Origin: an uncultured Nitrospirales bacterium
GTDB lineage: Bacteria; Hydrogenedentota; Hydrogenedentia; Hydrogenedentales; GCA-2746185
Length of the DNA: 64,000 nt
Reading direction: 5' to 3'
NCBI GenBank assembly: GCA_964620045.1
Contig: CAZUJL010000001.1
Coordinates: forward strand, 522,592 to 586,591
In this document: positions 18,584-28,252 of the stretch, in pieces
How the letters are laid out: each line of letters starts with the position of its first letter
Numbering within the stretch: position 1 is the first letter of the stretch
Notes under the pieces: model-generated
The model's database searches: none
Seen by the model: the letters and a program-made list of their open reading frames with translations, nothing else
What the model was told of the DNA's origin: nothing
Translations under genes and position numbers: made by a program

Positions 18584-21415
18584 GTGTCGAATTCTCTGCC
18601 TGCCCTGCATGATCTCGCCGCGACCCGCGCGGATATTCGTTTCGACGCGCTGACGCGCCGGCTCTTCGCCACCGACGCCTCCATCTATCAAATTGAACCC
18701 AAGGGCGTAGCGTTTCCAAAGTCGTCCGCGGAGACCTCGGCCTTCGTGCAGGCGGCGGCCTCGGACAATGTCAGCGTGATTCCGCGCGGCGCGGGCACAG
18801 GTCTCGTAGGCGGAGCGATCGGCGACGGCCTTGTGATTGATCAGGCCCGGCACAATCGCCGCATCACGCGGCTGAACGTCGATGCGCGCACGGTGCATGT
18901 CGAAGCCGGCGTCGTGCTCGACCAACTCAATGCCTACCTGCGGCCGCACGGCTTGCGATTCGGGCCGGATGTCGCCACGAGTTCGCGCGCGACGCTCGGC
19001 GGCATGATCGCGAACAATTCCTCCGGCTCTCATGTGCCGGTGTATGGCACGACGATCGACCATGTGCGTTCGATCGATTTCGTGCTTGCCGATGGTCGTC
19101 AGGTGATCATCGGCTCCGAGGCCGGCGATCTCGAGTTCATTCATGCGCGCGCGGCGGCGATTCTGGAGCCCTGCCGCGCGGAACTGGACGCGCGCATGCC
19201 ACCCGGCCTGCTCAAGCGCTGGCCTGGCTATGGCATCGAAGACTGGTTGCGACGCGGCGCGGCATTGCCGTGGCTCATCGGCGGCAGCGAAGGCACGCTG
19301 GGCATCATTAGCGGCGCGGAACTTGCCCTGCATCCCCTGCCCACGCGCAAAGGCCTCGGCGCGATTTCGTTCGCGACCGTCGCCGACGCGATGCAGGCCG
19401 CCGTCGTGCTACTGGATTTGCACGCGGCCGCAATCGAGCACATCGATCGCGTGCTATTCGAACAAACGCGCGGCCAGCTCGCGTTTCGCAAGGGCCGTGC
19501 GTTGCTTGGGCTTGATGAGGCGCCGTGCGAAGCGATCTTGCTGGTGGAATTTTTCGGCGATGTCGACGCGCCGCTCGCCGAATTGCGACGCCGGAATCTC
19601 GGCCTGCGCACGCGCACCTTTACGGCAAACGACGACATGGACGCCATCTGGAACGTACGCAAGGCCGGGCTCTCGCTACTGTCCGGCTGCGTGGGCGCGG
19701 CCAAACCTGTGACGGGCATCGAAGACACCTGCGTGCGCCCGCAAGACCTGGCGGAATACGTACGGGCGCTGCAGGGCGTGCTGTGGCCGCTGGGACTAAA
19801 GGCGTCGTTTTACGGCCACGCGGCGGCTGGCTTGCTTCACGTGCGGCCGGTGCTCGATCTGCATTCGGCCGATGATCTGCGCAAATTCCGGAAACTCGGC
19901 GACGAAGTTTCGACGATTGTGAAACAGTTCAAGGGATCCATCTCGGCGGAGCACGGTGTTGGCCTTGCGCGCACGGAGTATATGGCCGCGCACCTGGGCC
20001 CGACGCTCACCGAGGCCATGCGCGAGATCAAAACCACCTTCGATCCGAAAAACGTGTTCAACCCCGGCAAGCTCGTGCACGACGGGCGGTATCGATTCGA
20101 CACGCGGTTGCGCTGGGGCGCGGGGTATCACCTCGAGTTGCCGTTCGCGCCGAAGCTCGAATTCGCATTTAAGGATCAGTCCTTCGTCGGCAATCTCGAA
20201 CAATGCAACGGCTGCGGCGGGTGTCGCAAGGACGCACCGACGATGTGCCCAACGTATATCGCGACGGGCGAAGAAATCATGTCCACACGCGGCCGCGCGA
20301 ACGTGATCCGCGCGGCGCTGGATGGCACGCTCGAGGGCGGTCTTGCGTCGGCGGAACTCGAAGCCGCGCTGTCGAATTGCCTGTCCTGTAAGGCCTGCAC
20401 GACGGAATGCCCGAGCAACGTAAACCTTGCGCTGCTCAAAGCCGAACTGAACCACGCAAAACATCGACAGTTAGGTTTGCCGTTGCGCGATCGTCTGCTG
20501 AGCCGCGTCGATCTGATCGGCGCGATGGGCAGCCGCGCGCCAACGCTGGCCAATGCGGCGTTGTCGTTCGGGCCTGCGCGTCGCGCGATGCAGGGCGCGG
20601 TCGGGCTTTCGGCGGAACGGCCACTGCCAAAATTCGCGCGCGAGCGCTTCGACGAATGGTTTGCGCGGCACAAGCCGAATCGCGTGCCCACGCGCGGACG
20701 CGTCGTGCTGTGGGACGATTGCTTCACGCGCTACTACGACCCGAAGATCGGCATGGCGGCCGTGCAGGTGCTGGAAGCGGCCGGATTCGAGGCGGTGTTG
20801 CCCAAGGATCGCGCGTGTTGCGGTCGACCGGCGTTCAGCCTCGGGCGGCTCGACCTTGCGGAAGAATGGGCCGAGCACAACGCGAATCTGCTCTCGCGCA
20901 TTGACGAAGATACACCCATCCTGTTTCTCGAACCGTCGTGTTTTTCGATGATGTACGACGACTATCGCGAGCTGGATGTGCTCGGCTCCGACAATCTCCG
21001 CGGCCGCGCGCGGCTCTTCGAGCAATTCCTGGCGGAGGTGTTGGATCGGGACCCCTTCGCCCTGCGCTTCAAGCCGATGTCCGCGCGGGCGGCCATACAC
21101 ACGCATTGCCATGCAAAAGCGCTCACCGGAACCGGCGCGACGCCGCGCGTGCTGGGGCGTGTGCCGGAGTGCGACGCGCGGGTGCTGGATACGGCGTGCT
21201 GCGGCATGGCCGGGGCCTTCGGCGCGCTGGCGGAGAAGCAGGAACTCTCGGGGAAACTGGGCGCGTTGTTGGCAGAAAAACTCGAAGACGCGCCCGCGGA
21301 TGCCTTTGTAATCGCGTCCGGTACAAGCTGTCGTCAACAGATCGAATACACAACGAATCGCCGCCCCTTGCACGTGGCGGAATTCCTGGCGATGGCGCTG
21401 GAGCCGACGCGGTGA
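18584..21415 (+). CDS. FAD-linked oxidase fused to 4Fe-4S and CCG cysteine-rich domains (YdiJ/GlcD-GlcF-like 2-hydroxyacid dehydrogenase)
   Basis: N-terminal FAD_binding_4 (RGAGTGLVGGAIG). Central ferredoxin motifs (CNGCGGCRKDAPTMCP; CLSCKACTTECP). C-terminal CCG motifs (ACCGRPAF; CCGMAGAFG). 943 aa. Confidence 0.8.
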   Translation: MSNSLPALHDLAATRADIRFDALTRRLFATDASIYQIEPKGVAFPKSSAETSAFVQAAASDNVSVIPRGAGTGLVGGAIGDGLVIDQARHNRRITRLNVDARTVHVEAGVVLDQLNAYLRPHGLRFGPDVATSSRATLGGMIANNSSGSHVPVYGTTIDHVRSIDFVLADGRQVIIGSEAGDLEFIHARAAAILEPCRAELDARMPPGLLKRWPGYGIEDWLRRGAALPWLIGGSEGTLGIISGAELALHPLPTRKGLGAISFATVADAMQAAVVLLDLHAAAIEHIDRVLFEQTRGQLAFRKGRALLGLDEAPCEAILLVEFFGDVDAPLAELRRRNLGLRTRTFTANDDMDAIWNVRKAGLSLLSGCVGAAKPVTGIEDTCVRPQDLAEYVRALQGVLWPLGLKASFYGHAAAGLLHVRPVLDLHSADDLRKFRKLGDEVSTIVKQFKGSISAEHGVGLARTEYMAAHLGPTLTEAMREIKTTFDPKNVFNPGKLVHDGRYRFDTRLRWGAGYHLELPFAPKLEFAFKDQSFVGNLEQCNGCGGCRKDAPTMCPTYIATGEEIMSTRGRANVIRAALDGTLEGGLASAELEAALSNCLSCKACTTECPSNVNLALLKAELNHAKHRQLGLPLRDRLLSRVDLIGAMGSRAPTLANAALSFGPARRAMQGAVGLSAERPLPKFARERFDEWFARHKPNRVPTRGRVVLWDDCFTRYYDPKIGMAAVQVLEAAGFEAVLPKDRACCGRPAFSLGRLDLAEEWAEHNANLLSRIDEDTPILFLEPSCFSMMYDDYRELDVLGSDNLRGRARLFEQFLAEVLDRDPFALRFKPMSARAAIHTHCHAKALTGTGATPRVLGRVPECDARVLDTACCGMAGAFGALAEKQELSGKLGALLAEKLEDAPADAFVIASGTSCRQQIEYTTNRRPLHVAEFLAMALEPTR

Positions 21416-23076
21416 GTGCGGACTCGGCCGAGGACAACCTCGCGCGCGTTATCCACTACCACGATCGCACGAAACACGACTTCAACCGTTCCGCGCGCGG
21501 GCCGGGGTATCTCGATTGGGCAAACCAGCCCGATCCGTTTCGGCGTTACGATGGCGCGCCGTTGTATTTGCTGCCGCTTGACGAAAGCGAGCCGGCGACG
21601 CCTTACGAAAGTCTGTATGCGCGCGCTGTGAAGCCGCGCGCGCTGGACGTCCATTCGCTCGGCTGGTTTTTGGAATGTTCGCTCGGGGTATCCGCGACAA
21701 AATCCGCGGGCGGTTCGACGTGGAAACTGCGGTGCAATCCTTCCAGCGGCAACCTCCATCCGACCGAGGGGTATGTGCTTGCGCCGGCACTTTCTGAATT
21801 GTCAGAGACCCCCGGCGTCTATCACTACCGCGCCGACGAGCATGCCTTGGAACAACGGTGCGCATTATCCGCCGATGCCTGGAATGCTCTCGCGAATGAG
21901 TTCCCGGCGGGCACATTTTTCGCCGGGCTAAGCTCGATTCACTGGCGCGAGGCATGGAAGTACGGCGAGCGTGCGTTCCGTTACTGCAACCACGATGTCG
22001 GCCACGCACTTGGCGCGCTGCGCTATGCCGCCGCGGCCCTTGGCTGGCGGTGCGTACTGCTGCGTGGATTGAGTGACGGCGACATCGCGTCGTTGCTGGG
22101 CCTTGCGCAGAACGACACGGCCGCGGAGCCGGAACATCCCGATCTGATGATCGCGATCGTAACCAGCGAGGACGATCATTCGACGCCTACAATGCTTGCA
22201 ACCGAAACCTATACCGCTGGAAGCGACTGGCGTGGCACGCCAAATGCCCTCAGCGATGAGCATGTCGACTGGGCCGTTATCGGCGAAACGGCCGCAGCCT
22301 GCATTAAACCGCGCACCGAGACTGCACCGCACACGATAACGACCAATACGCGCGCAATCACGGCATCTCACATCACGGAGATCACCGCGGGGCGAATCTT
22401 TCGCCAGCGGCGCAGCGCGATCGACATGGACGGAGTATCCACGCTTTCGCGCGAAGTGTTCTATACGATGCTGGAACGTGTGATGCCGCGCGATGGGCGG
22501 CCGCCTTTCGACGTGTGGAGGTACTCGCCGGAGATCCACCTTGGGCTGTTCGTGCATCGCGTCGAAAACCTTGCGCCGGGACTTTATTTCTTACTGCGCA
22601 ATGCCGCACACCAAGACGCGCTCAAATCGGAAATGCGGACAGACTTCATCTGGGCCGCGCCGCAGGACTGCCCCCCACACCTTCCGCTGTATCACCTCGC
22701 CAGCGGCGACGGCCGCGGACTCGCGGCGCAGTTAAGTTGCATGCAGAGCATCGCCGGGGCCGGCGCGTTCAGCCTGGGCATGATCGCGCGTTTCGAGGCG
22801 CCATTGCGCGAACACGGCGCCTGGTTTTATCCCCGCCTCTTCTGGGAGGCCGGCCTGATCGGGCAGGCGCTGTACCTCGAGGCGGAGGCCGTCGGCCTGC
22901 GCGCCACGGGCATCGGGTGCTACTTCGACGATCCGGTGCACCGCGTCTTCGGTCTGCGCGGCCATGCGTTCCAGTCGCTATACCACTTCACAATCGGCGG
23001 GCCCGTGGACGACCCGCGCCTGACGAATCTGCCGCCGTACAGCGCTGAGCGGCGCGCGCGGCGCGGTTGGGTGTAA
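21412..23076 (+). CDS. Tandem nitroreductase-fold protein, SagB/ThcOx-type dehydrogenase family
   Basis: The GTG start overlaps the upstream stop (GTGA). N-terminal YHDRTKH signature. Two nitroreductase-like halves, about 554 aa. The 20938 ORF start is an artefactual extension. Confidence 0.6.
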   Translation: MSADSAEDNLARVIHYHDRTKHDFNRSARGPGYLDWANQPDPFRRYDGAPLYLLPLDESEPATPYESLYARAVKPRALDVHSLGWFLECSLGVSATKSAGGSTWKLRCNPSSGNLHPTEGYVLAPALSELSETPGVYHYRADEHALEQRCALSADAWNALANEFPAGTFFAGLSSIHWREAWKYGERAFRYCNHDVGHALGALRYAAAALGWRCVLLRGLSDGDIASLLGLAQNDTAAEPEHPDLMIAIVTSEDDHSTPTMLATETYTAGSDWRGTPNALSDEHVDWAVIGETAAACIKPRTETAPHTITTNTRAITASHITEITAGRIFRQRRSAIDMDGVSTLSREVFYTMLERVMPRDGRPPFDVWRYSPEIHLGLFVHRVENLAPGLYFLLRNAAHQDALKSEMRTDFIWAAPQDCPPHLPLYHLASGDGRGLAAQLSCMQSIAGAGAFSLGMIARFEAPLREHGAWFYPRLFWEAGLIGQALYLEAEAVGLRATGIGCYFDDPVHRVFGLRGHAFQSLYHFTIGGPVDDPRLTNLPPYSAERRARRGWV

Positions 23077-23108
23077 AATCCCTGCGGGGAACGGGGGACG
23101 CTCGCCGC

Positions 23109-23690
23109 ATGACGCCGGATCAACTCAATGCTTACTGGACGCGCACGTTTCCAGAGTGTCCGCCCGTCGGGTTTCTGCTCAAGCACATCTACAAAGATCG
23201 CGTTGCGCGCTTCCGCAGCTTTGAGAATGGCAAGAAGCACGCGGCCGCCGAACCAGATTACGTCCAGGTGTGCGCGCGGCAAAACACGTTGCTCGATCAT
23301 TTGTTCGTCGGCGAGCCGCAGGTCGTGCTGATTACGACCATTCCATCGGACAACGAGATGCCACCGAAGAACGCGCCGTCGTTTCTGAACTTCGATCCGA
23401 ACGGCCGCTTCGTGCACAGCCTCGGCATGCACGAATTCCAACTGGAGTTTCAAACGCCGTCGTACTGGCATTTGTTTATGAGCAGCTCGGATTTCGCGCC
23501 CGGTTGTTTCGATCCCGTCCTGCGCGCGGCCGCGGAGGACATGGCGGTCGCGGGCGTGGTCAATGTGATTTTTCTCGGGCCGTCGTCGCGCCGATTGCTG
23601 CACGTCTACCCCGGCGGCGCGGACGCCATTCTCGAAAACGATATGAAGCGCGAACAAATCCAGTCGCGCTATGCGGACTGGTCCGCCTGA
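23109..23690 (+). CDS. Hypothetical protein (193 aa), third gene of the oxidase/SagB-like operon
   Basis: ATG at 23109, 33 nt after the SagB-like stop. No family recognised. Cys- and His-containing. Confidence 0.45.
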   Translation: MTPDQLNAYWTRTFPECPPVGFLLKHIYKDRVARFRSFENGKKHAAAEPDYVQVCARQNTLLDHLFVGEPQVVLITTIPSDNEMPPKNAPSFLNFDPNGRFVHSLGMHEFQLEFQTPSYWHLFMSSSDFAPGCFDPVLRAAAEDMAVAGVVNVIFLGPSSRRLLHVYPGGADAILENDMKREQIQSRYADWSA

Positions 23691-23693
23691 GCC

Positions 23694-24257
23694 TTACACG
23701 AAGAAGGGATTGAACCGCCGCTCGACGCCGATGGTCGAGCACGGTCCGTGCCCCGGGCACACGATAGTGTCGTCCGGCAAGGTAAACAGGTTCTTGCGCA
23801 CATTCTCGATTTGCCGCGCGGAGTCTTCCGGATTGGACGTGCCGCCCACCGAGCCCGCGAACAACGCATCGCCGGTGAACACAATCCCCGGGAAAATCAG
23901 GCTCAAGGCAACCGCCGTGTGCCCGGCGGTGTCCACCGTACGCCCCGCCAACCGGCCGATCTGCACCGTATCGCCGGGTTGCGCGACCATAGCGCTCGCC
24001 ACGCCACCCGGAGACGGAATCGCGCTAATCACGCGCGCGCCAAAATGTTTCGCGGCATCCGGGATGGCCTGGACATGGTCCCAATGCTCGTGCGTAACGA
24101 AAATGGTCGTGAGTTTCAGGTTGTGACGCTCGACATACTCCGGCAGGCGCAGATCGAAATCGCCGCAATCCACCAGCAGGGCCTCCCGCGTATCGGGGCA
24201 GGCGTAGATAAACGAATTTACTTCGATCGGATTGAGCCGGAAGTGGCCGAGCATCAT
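23694..24257 (-). CDS. Small MBL-fold metallo-hydrolase (glyoxalase-II/YcbL-like)
   Basis: HxHxDH motif VTHEHWDH. Trimmed to the MMLGHF start. That start ATG overlaps the upstream stop (ATGA). Confidence 0.75.
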   Translation of the reverse strand: MMLGHFRLNPIEVNSFIYACPDTREALLVDCGDFDLRLPEYVERHNLKLTTIFVTHEHWDHVQAIPDAAKHFGARVISAIPSPGGVASAMVAQPGDTVQIGRLAGRTVDTAGHTAVALSLIFPGIVFTGDALFAGSVGGTSNPEDSARQIENVRKNLFTLPDDTIVCPGHGPCSTIGVERRFNPFFV

Positions 24258-24748
24258 TGCTTGATCCCGTCCAGCTTCGCGTTCTCCACGTTCGGCTTTC
24301 CCGAAACGTCGCGCAAGTCCGCGCCGGTCAGGTTCGCGCGCCGCATGATCGCGCGATCGAGATTCGCCTCCCGGAAGTCCGCACCCTGAAAGTCCGCGTT
24401 GCCGGGCCGCGCGTAGTACAAATTCGCGCGGCGAAAATCGGCGCCGTGTGCGCGTGTCCCCACCAGATTGCAGCGGCTCAATTCCGCATCGGCGAACACG
24501 GCCCCATCCGCAATCGCGCCGCCCAGCACGGCGAATTCGAGGTTGGCGCCGGTGAAATCCGCGCCGGCGCAGTCGGCCCCATCCAGAAAACACCCAAACA
24601 AATTCGCGCCGCGAAACACCGCGCCGGCCAGCGACATGCCGGACAGCCGCGCATGGCGCAGATCCGCGCCGGAAAAATCAGCACCGGAAAGATCGTGGCC
24701 GCGCAGGTCTCGTCCGCGCAGATCTTCATTGGCAAACGACGCCGACAT
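24254..24748 (-). CDS. Pentapeptide-repeat protein (~165 aa)
   Basis: Nearly the entire protein is A(D/N)LxG pentapeptide repeats (ADFSGADLRHARLSGMSLAGAVFRGANL ...). The start overlaps the upstream stop (TGATG). Confidence 0.8.
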   Translation of the reverse strand: MSASFANEDLRGRDLRGHDLSGADFSGADLRHARLSGMSLAGAVFRGANLFGCFLDGADCAGADFTGANLEFAVLGGAIADGAVFADAELSRCNLVGTRAHGADFRRANLYYARPGNADFQGADFREANLDRAIMRRANLTGADLRDVSGKPNVENAKLDGIKQ

Positions 24749-25428
24749 CAATGCACGTCCTGCTTGGACAATTTCGCTTCGGCCCAGTCGGCATAAAACG
24801 CGACTTCCTTGATACAGGCGCGAAATTCCGCCGGCGTGGCCTTCTGCGCGCGCAAGGAATGCACCAGCTCGAACCACGCCTGGCCGTCCTCATCGACAAT
24901 CGCGAAGCTGGAATGCGGCAGGCGTTCGTTGGTGCGTAGCGCCCATTCAAAATGTTTCGCATCCACCGGGCCGCAACGGCTGCGCACACGGATCGTCTGC
25001 GCGCCGGCCTCGGAGGTGCCGTGCGAGGCAAATACCTTCTGCGTGCGCCCGTCCTTCAGCGTGACGATGATTTCGTAGCCGCCGTCGGCCGCGCGCGCAC
25101 TGCGTTTGCCCGGCCGTTCGATGGCCCGCACGAGTTCATCCAGCGTGAGCAATGCTTCCTTGCTGGTGCGCCCGGCATCGCGCCAGGTGGCATCGCCGAG
25201 CGCCCGCTGCACCGCGGCGCGCACATCGGTGTCCGTATCCTCGGCAAACATCGCCAGGGCACCGCGCGCACGCGAGACGACCTTGCCCAGAAAATCGGCC
25301 GCGTCGCGCCGGGTCACCCAAGTGCCGCCGCGGTTCGACAGTTGCGCCACCGCGCGATCGAGATCGTCTGCCATGCGCACCTCCTCCGGACCGGCCATTG
25401 TAGCGAACCCGCCCCCTTCATATACCAC
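24748..25428 (-). CDS. Hypothetical protein, N-terminal HEAT/PBS-lyase-like repeats + uncharacterised C-terminal domain
   Basis: VRAAVQRALGD-type repeat. C-terminal ~115 aa unknown. True start is probably MADDL (~25374). First gene of a three-gene minus-strand operon. Confidence 0.45.
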   Translation of the reverse strand: MVYEGGGFATMAGPEEVRMADDLDRAVAQLSNRGGTWVTRRDAADFLGKVVSRARGALAMFAEDTDTDVRAAVQRALGDATWRDAGRTSKEALLTLDELVRAIERPGKRSARAADGGYEIIVTLKDGRTQKVFASHGTSEAGAQTIRVRSRCGPVDAKHFEWALRTNERLPHSSFAIVDEDGQAWFELVHSLRAQKATPAEFRACIKEVAFYADWAEAKLSKQDVH

Positions 25429-25502
25429 GTATTCGGGCGGCGTATTCTTGACCCATCGCGAAGGCGCGCCCTATCATGCCCGCTCAAACTCCGGGGGCGC
25501 GC

Positions 25503-26396
25503 ATGGCGAAAATCATTGACGGCAACAAAGTGGCGGACGCGATCCGCGCGGGGATTGCCGCGGACATTCAGGCGCTGGCCAAGCGCGGCATTCAGCCGGG
25601 GCTCGCGGTCGTGCTCGTGGGCGAGGACCCGGCCAGCCAGGTGTACGTGCGCATGAAGCGCAAAGAGTGCGCGGAACTCGGCATGCTCTCCGTCGATCAC
25701 ACGCTGCCCGCGTCGACCTCTGAAAAGAAACTACTCGCGCTGATCGACAAGCTCAACGCAGATCCCAAAGTGCACGGCATTCTCGTGCAGCTTCCGTTGC
25801 CGAAACAGATCGACGAAGGCAAAGTGATCAACGCCATTTCGCCCGAGAAGGATGTGGATGGATTTCATCCGGTGAACGTCGGGCGGATGCTCGCGGGCGA
25901 GCCGGGATTCCTGCCGTGCACGCCGGCGGGCTGCCAGCAGTTGCTGCTGCATTATGGTTACGACCCCGCGGGCAAACACGTCGTCGTGCTGGGCCGCTCA
26001 AATATCGTGGGCAAGCCGGCGGCCGCGATTCTGATGCAGAAGGCGGCCGGCGCGAATGCGACCGTCACCGTCTGCCATTCGCGCACGAAAAATATCGCCA
26101 AGTACACCCGCGAGGCGGACATCCTCATCGCCGCGATGGGCTCGGCCAGGTTCGTGAAGGCCTCGATGGTGAAAAAAGGTGTGATTGTGATCGACGTGGG
26201 CACGAATCGCGTCGAGGACGCGACCAAGAAATCAGGATTCCGACTCGTCGGCGACGTCGATTACGATGCGGTCTCGAAGAAAGCCAAAGCCATCACACCG
26301 GTGCCGGGCGGTGTCGGCCCGATGACGCGCGTGATGCTGATGAAAAACACCGTGGAAGCGGCGAAGCGCACGGATTCCAAGGGCAAGCGCCGCTAG
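25503..26396 (+). CDS. folD: Bifunctional methylenetetrahydrofolate dehydrogenase/cyclohydrolase
   Basis: MAKIIDGNKVADAIRAGIAADIQALAKRGIQPGLAVVLVGEDPASQVYVRMK. Confidence 0.9.
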   Translation: MAKIIDGNKVADAIRAGIAADIQALAKRGIQPGLAVVLVGEDPASQVYVRMKRKECAELGMLSVDHTLPASTSEKKLLALIDKLNADPKVHGILVQLPLPKQIDEGKVINAISPEKDVDGFHPVNVGRMLAGEPGFLPCTPAGCQQLLLHYGYDPAGKHVVVLGRSNIVGKPAAAILMQKAAGANATVTVCHSRTKNIAKYTREADILIAAMGSARFVKASMVKKGVIVIDVGTNRVEDATKKSGFRLVGDVDYDAVSKKAKAITPVPGGVGPMTRVMLMKNTVEAAKRTDSKGKRR

Positions 26397-26842
26397 TTGT
26401 CGCCGGGCGGAAATTCACGCATCAAGCCCGCCACACTGTATGCGAGCATTCCGCCCGCCAGTGCGGGGATCATCTCTGCGATATAGATCGCAAATTCAAA
26501 CGGCCACAAATTGTGGGAACCTGGATTAACCATCATGTCCACAATCGCGATGACAAAGAATGACGCCATCGTGGCGCAACATTTGAGCGGCCAGTAACGC
26601 GGCGATTTCCACCCAATCAACATGCCAATGCCAAACAGCACGATCAGCGTCCAATACGTCTGCTTGTCGATCGCAAACTCAACGGCACCGAAGAAATCGA
26701 ACGGGGCCACTTCGCGGCTTTGCATATAGGGCGGCACCAGCAGGGCCAGGAAACCCAGGAACGCGGCAAACATGAACCAGAACACGGTGGTTCGCCGACT
26801 CTCGACTACCGGAGCGTCATTTTCTTCTAGATCGTCAGACAT
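26393..26842 (-). CDS. Hypothetical integral membrane protein (149 aa)
   Basis: Four predicted TM helices; no recognised family. Confidence 0.45.
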   Translation of the reverse strand: MSDDLEENDAPVVESRRTTVFWFMFAAFLGFLALLVPPYMQSREVAPFDFFGAVEFAIDKQTYWTLIVLFGIGMLIGWKSPRYWPLKCCATMASFFVIAIVDMMVNPGSHNLWPFEFAIYIAEMIPALAGGMLAYSVAGLMREFPPGDN

Positions 26843-26865
26843 CGGTCAACACCGCGCCGGCGAAA

Positions 26866-28185
26866 CTACGCCTTGAATATTTTGTCCCGCCCGTCGCGCA
26901 CATCCTTGGTCGCGTTGCGCGTATCGAGCACGAGTGTCGCGTGCTTCACGATGAAGGGATAATCGAATTTGTCGTGCGCGGTGACGATGAGCACGGCATC
27001 AAAAGAACCCACCGTTTTCTCGTCGAGCGTCACGGATTTCAGACCGAGATCGTATTTGCGCATGCGCGGCAGTGTGGGCACGAAGGGATCGCTATACGCC
27101 ACCTCGGCGCCGCGCTCCTGCAGCAATTCGATCAGGGTCAGCGCGGGAGACTCGCGCGGATCGCCGACGTTCGGCTTATACGCGACGCCCAGCACCAGCA
27201 CGCGCGCGCCCTTCAGCGCGCGGCCGCGATCGTTCAGCAGGTGCATCAACACGCCGACCACGTGCGCGGGCATGGCAGTATTGATCTCGCCGGCCAGCTC
27301 GATGAACCGCGTCGATACGCCGTATTCGCGCGCCTTCCAGGTGAGGTAGAAGGGATCGATGGGGATGCAGTGGCCGCCCAGGCCCGGGCCGGGATAAAAC
27401 GGCATGAAACCAAAGGGTTTCGTCTTCGCGGCTTCAATCACTTCCCAGATGTCGATGTCCATCTTCGTGTAAATGAGTTTCAACTCATTCACGAGCGCGA
27501 TATTCACGCCGCGAAAAATATTTTCAAGCAGCTTCACCGCCTCGGCCGTGCGCGCGTTCGACACGCGAATGGTGGACACCACCACGCCGCGGTACAAAGC
27601 ATCGGCAGCGTCGAGCGCCTCGGGCGTGCATCCACCGACGACCTTGGGGATCTTTCCGGTGGAAAAATCGGCGTTGCCGGGGTCTTCGCGCTCGGGCGAG
27701 TACGCGAGCAGGAAATCCTTACCGGCGCGCAGGCCGCCCTTTTCGAGTTCGGGCTGTAGGATTTCTTCCGTCGTGCCGGGATAAGTGGTGGACTCCAGCA
27801 CAACGATCTGCCCCGCGCGCAGGTGCGGCGCGAGCGATTTGCCGGTGTTCACAATGAAGGAGAGGTCCGGCTCGTGGTGCTCGGCCAGCGGCGTCGGCAC
27901 ACAAATCAGGATCGCGTCGGCTTCCTTCGTGCGCGCGAAATCCGCCGTCGCCTCGAACTTGCCGCTGCCGCGCAGTTGCTTCACTTCGGCGGCCGGGATG
28001 TGCCCGATATAACTCTCGCCACGGTTCAGCGATTCGGCCTTCTTGGGATCGATGTCGAAGCCGAGCACGCGAAATCCGGCGCGGGCGAACGTCATGGCGA
28101 GTGGCAGGCCGACATAGCCCAAGCCCACAATTCCCACAACGGCCTGGCGCGATTCGATGCGCTGGATGAGCTGGGCTGGATTCAC
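26866..28185 (-). CDS. Nucleotide-sugar dehydrogenase (UDP-GlcNAc/UDP-ManNAc dehydrogenase family)
   Basis: N-terminal Rossmann VGIVGLGYVGLPLA; UDPG/MGDP dehydrogenase central and C-terminal domains; 439 aa. Confidence 0.85.
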   Translation of the reverse strand: MNPAQLIQRIESRQAVVGIVGLGYVGLPLAMTFARAGFRVLGFDIDPKKAESLNRGESYIGHIPAAEVKQLRGSGKFEATADFARTKEADAILICVPTPLAEHHEPDLSFIVNTGKSLAPHLRAGQIVVLESTTYPGTTEEILQPELEKGGLRAGKDFLLAYSPEREDPGNADFSTGKIPKVVGGCTPEALDAADALYRGVVVSTIRVSNARTAEAVKLLENIFRGVNIALVNELKLIYTKMDIDIWEVIEAAKTKPFGFMPFYPGPGLGGHCIPIDPFYLTWKAREYGVSTRFIELAGEINTAMPAHVVGVLMHLLNDRGRALKGARVLVLGVAYKPNVGDPRESPALTLIELLQERGAEVAYSDPFVPTLPRMRKYDLGLKSVTLDEKTVGSFDAVLIVTAHDKFDYPFIVKHATLVLDTRNATKDVRDGRDKIFKA

Positions 28186-28252
28186 GCGCGGTTTTCCGGA
28201 ATCAAACGGCCGCCATTAGACCCGAAGCGGCAGGCCGGACACAACGGGGGCA

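Noticed and set aside
20938-21411. 5' extension of the SagB-like ORF overlapping the YdiJ-like gene
   Set aside because: The extension is out of frame with, and fully inside, the well-supported upstream gene. An in-frame GTG at 21412 overlapping the upstream TGA gives a coupled start.
24258-24593. N-terminal 112-aa extension of the MBL hydrolase ORF, and similar extensions of pncB (52080..52598) and the pentapeptide ORF (24749..24877)
   Set aside because: The extensions are Arg/Gly-rich and run into the upstream coupled gene. Internal Met codons give proteins of canonical length with stop/start overlaps.
21412-24748. Interpretation as a thiazole/oxazole-modified microcin (TOMM/microcin B17-like) biosynthetic cluster because of SagB-type dehydrogenase + pentapeptide (McbG-like) protein
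   Set aside because: No YcaO cyclodehydratase, no E1-like/Ocin-ThiF partner, no ABC exporter and no short Cys/Ser/Thr-rich precursor ORF are visible. The two genes are on opposite strands in separate operons. Kept only as a weak analogy.
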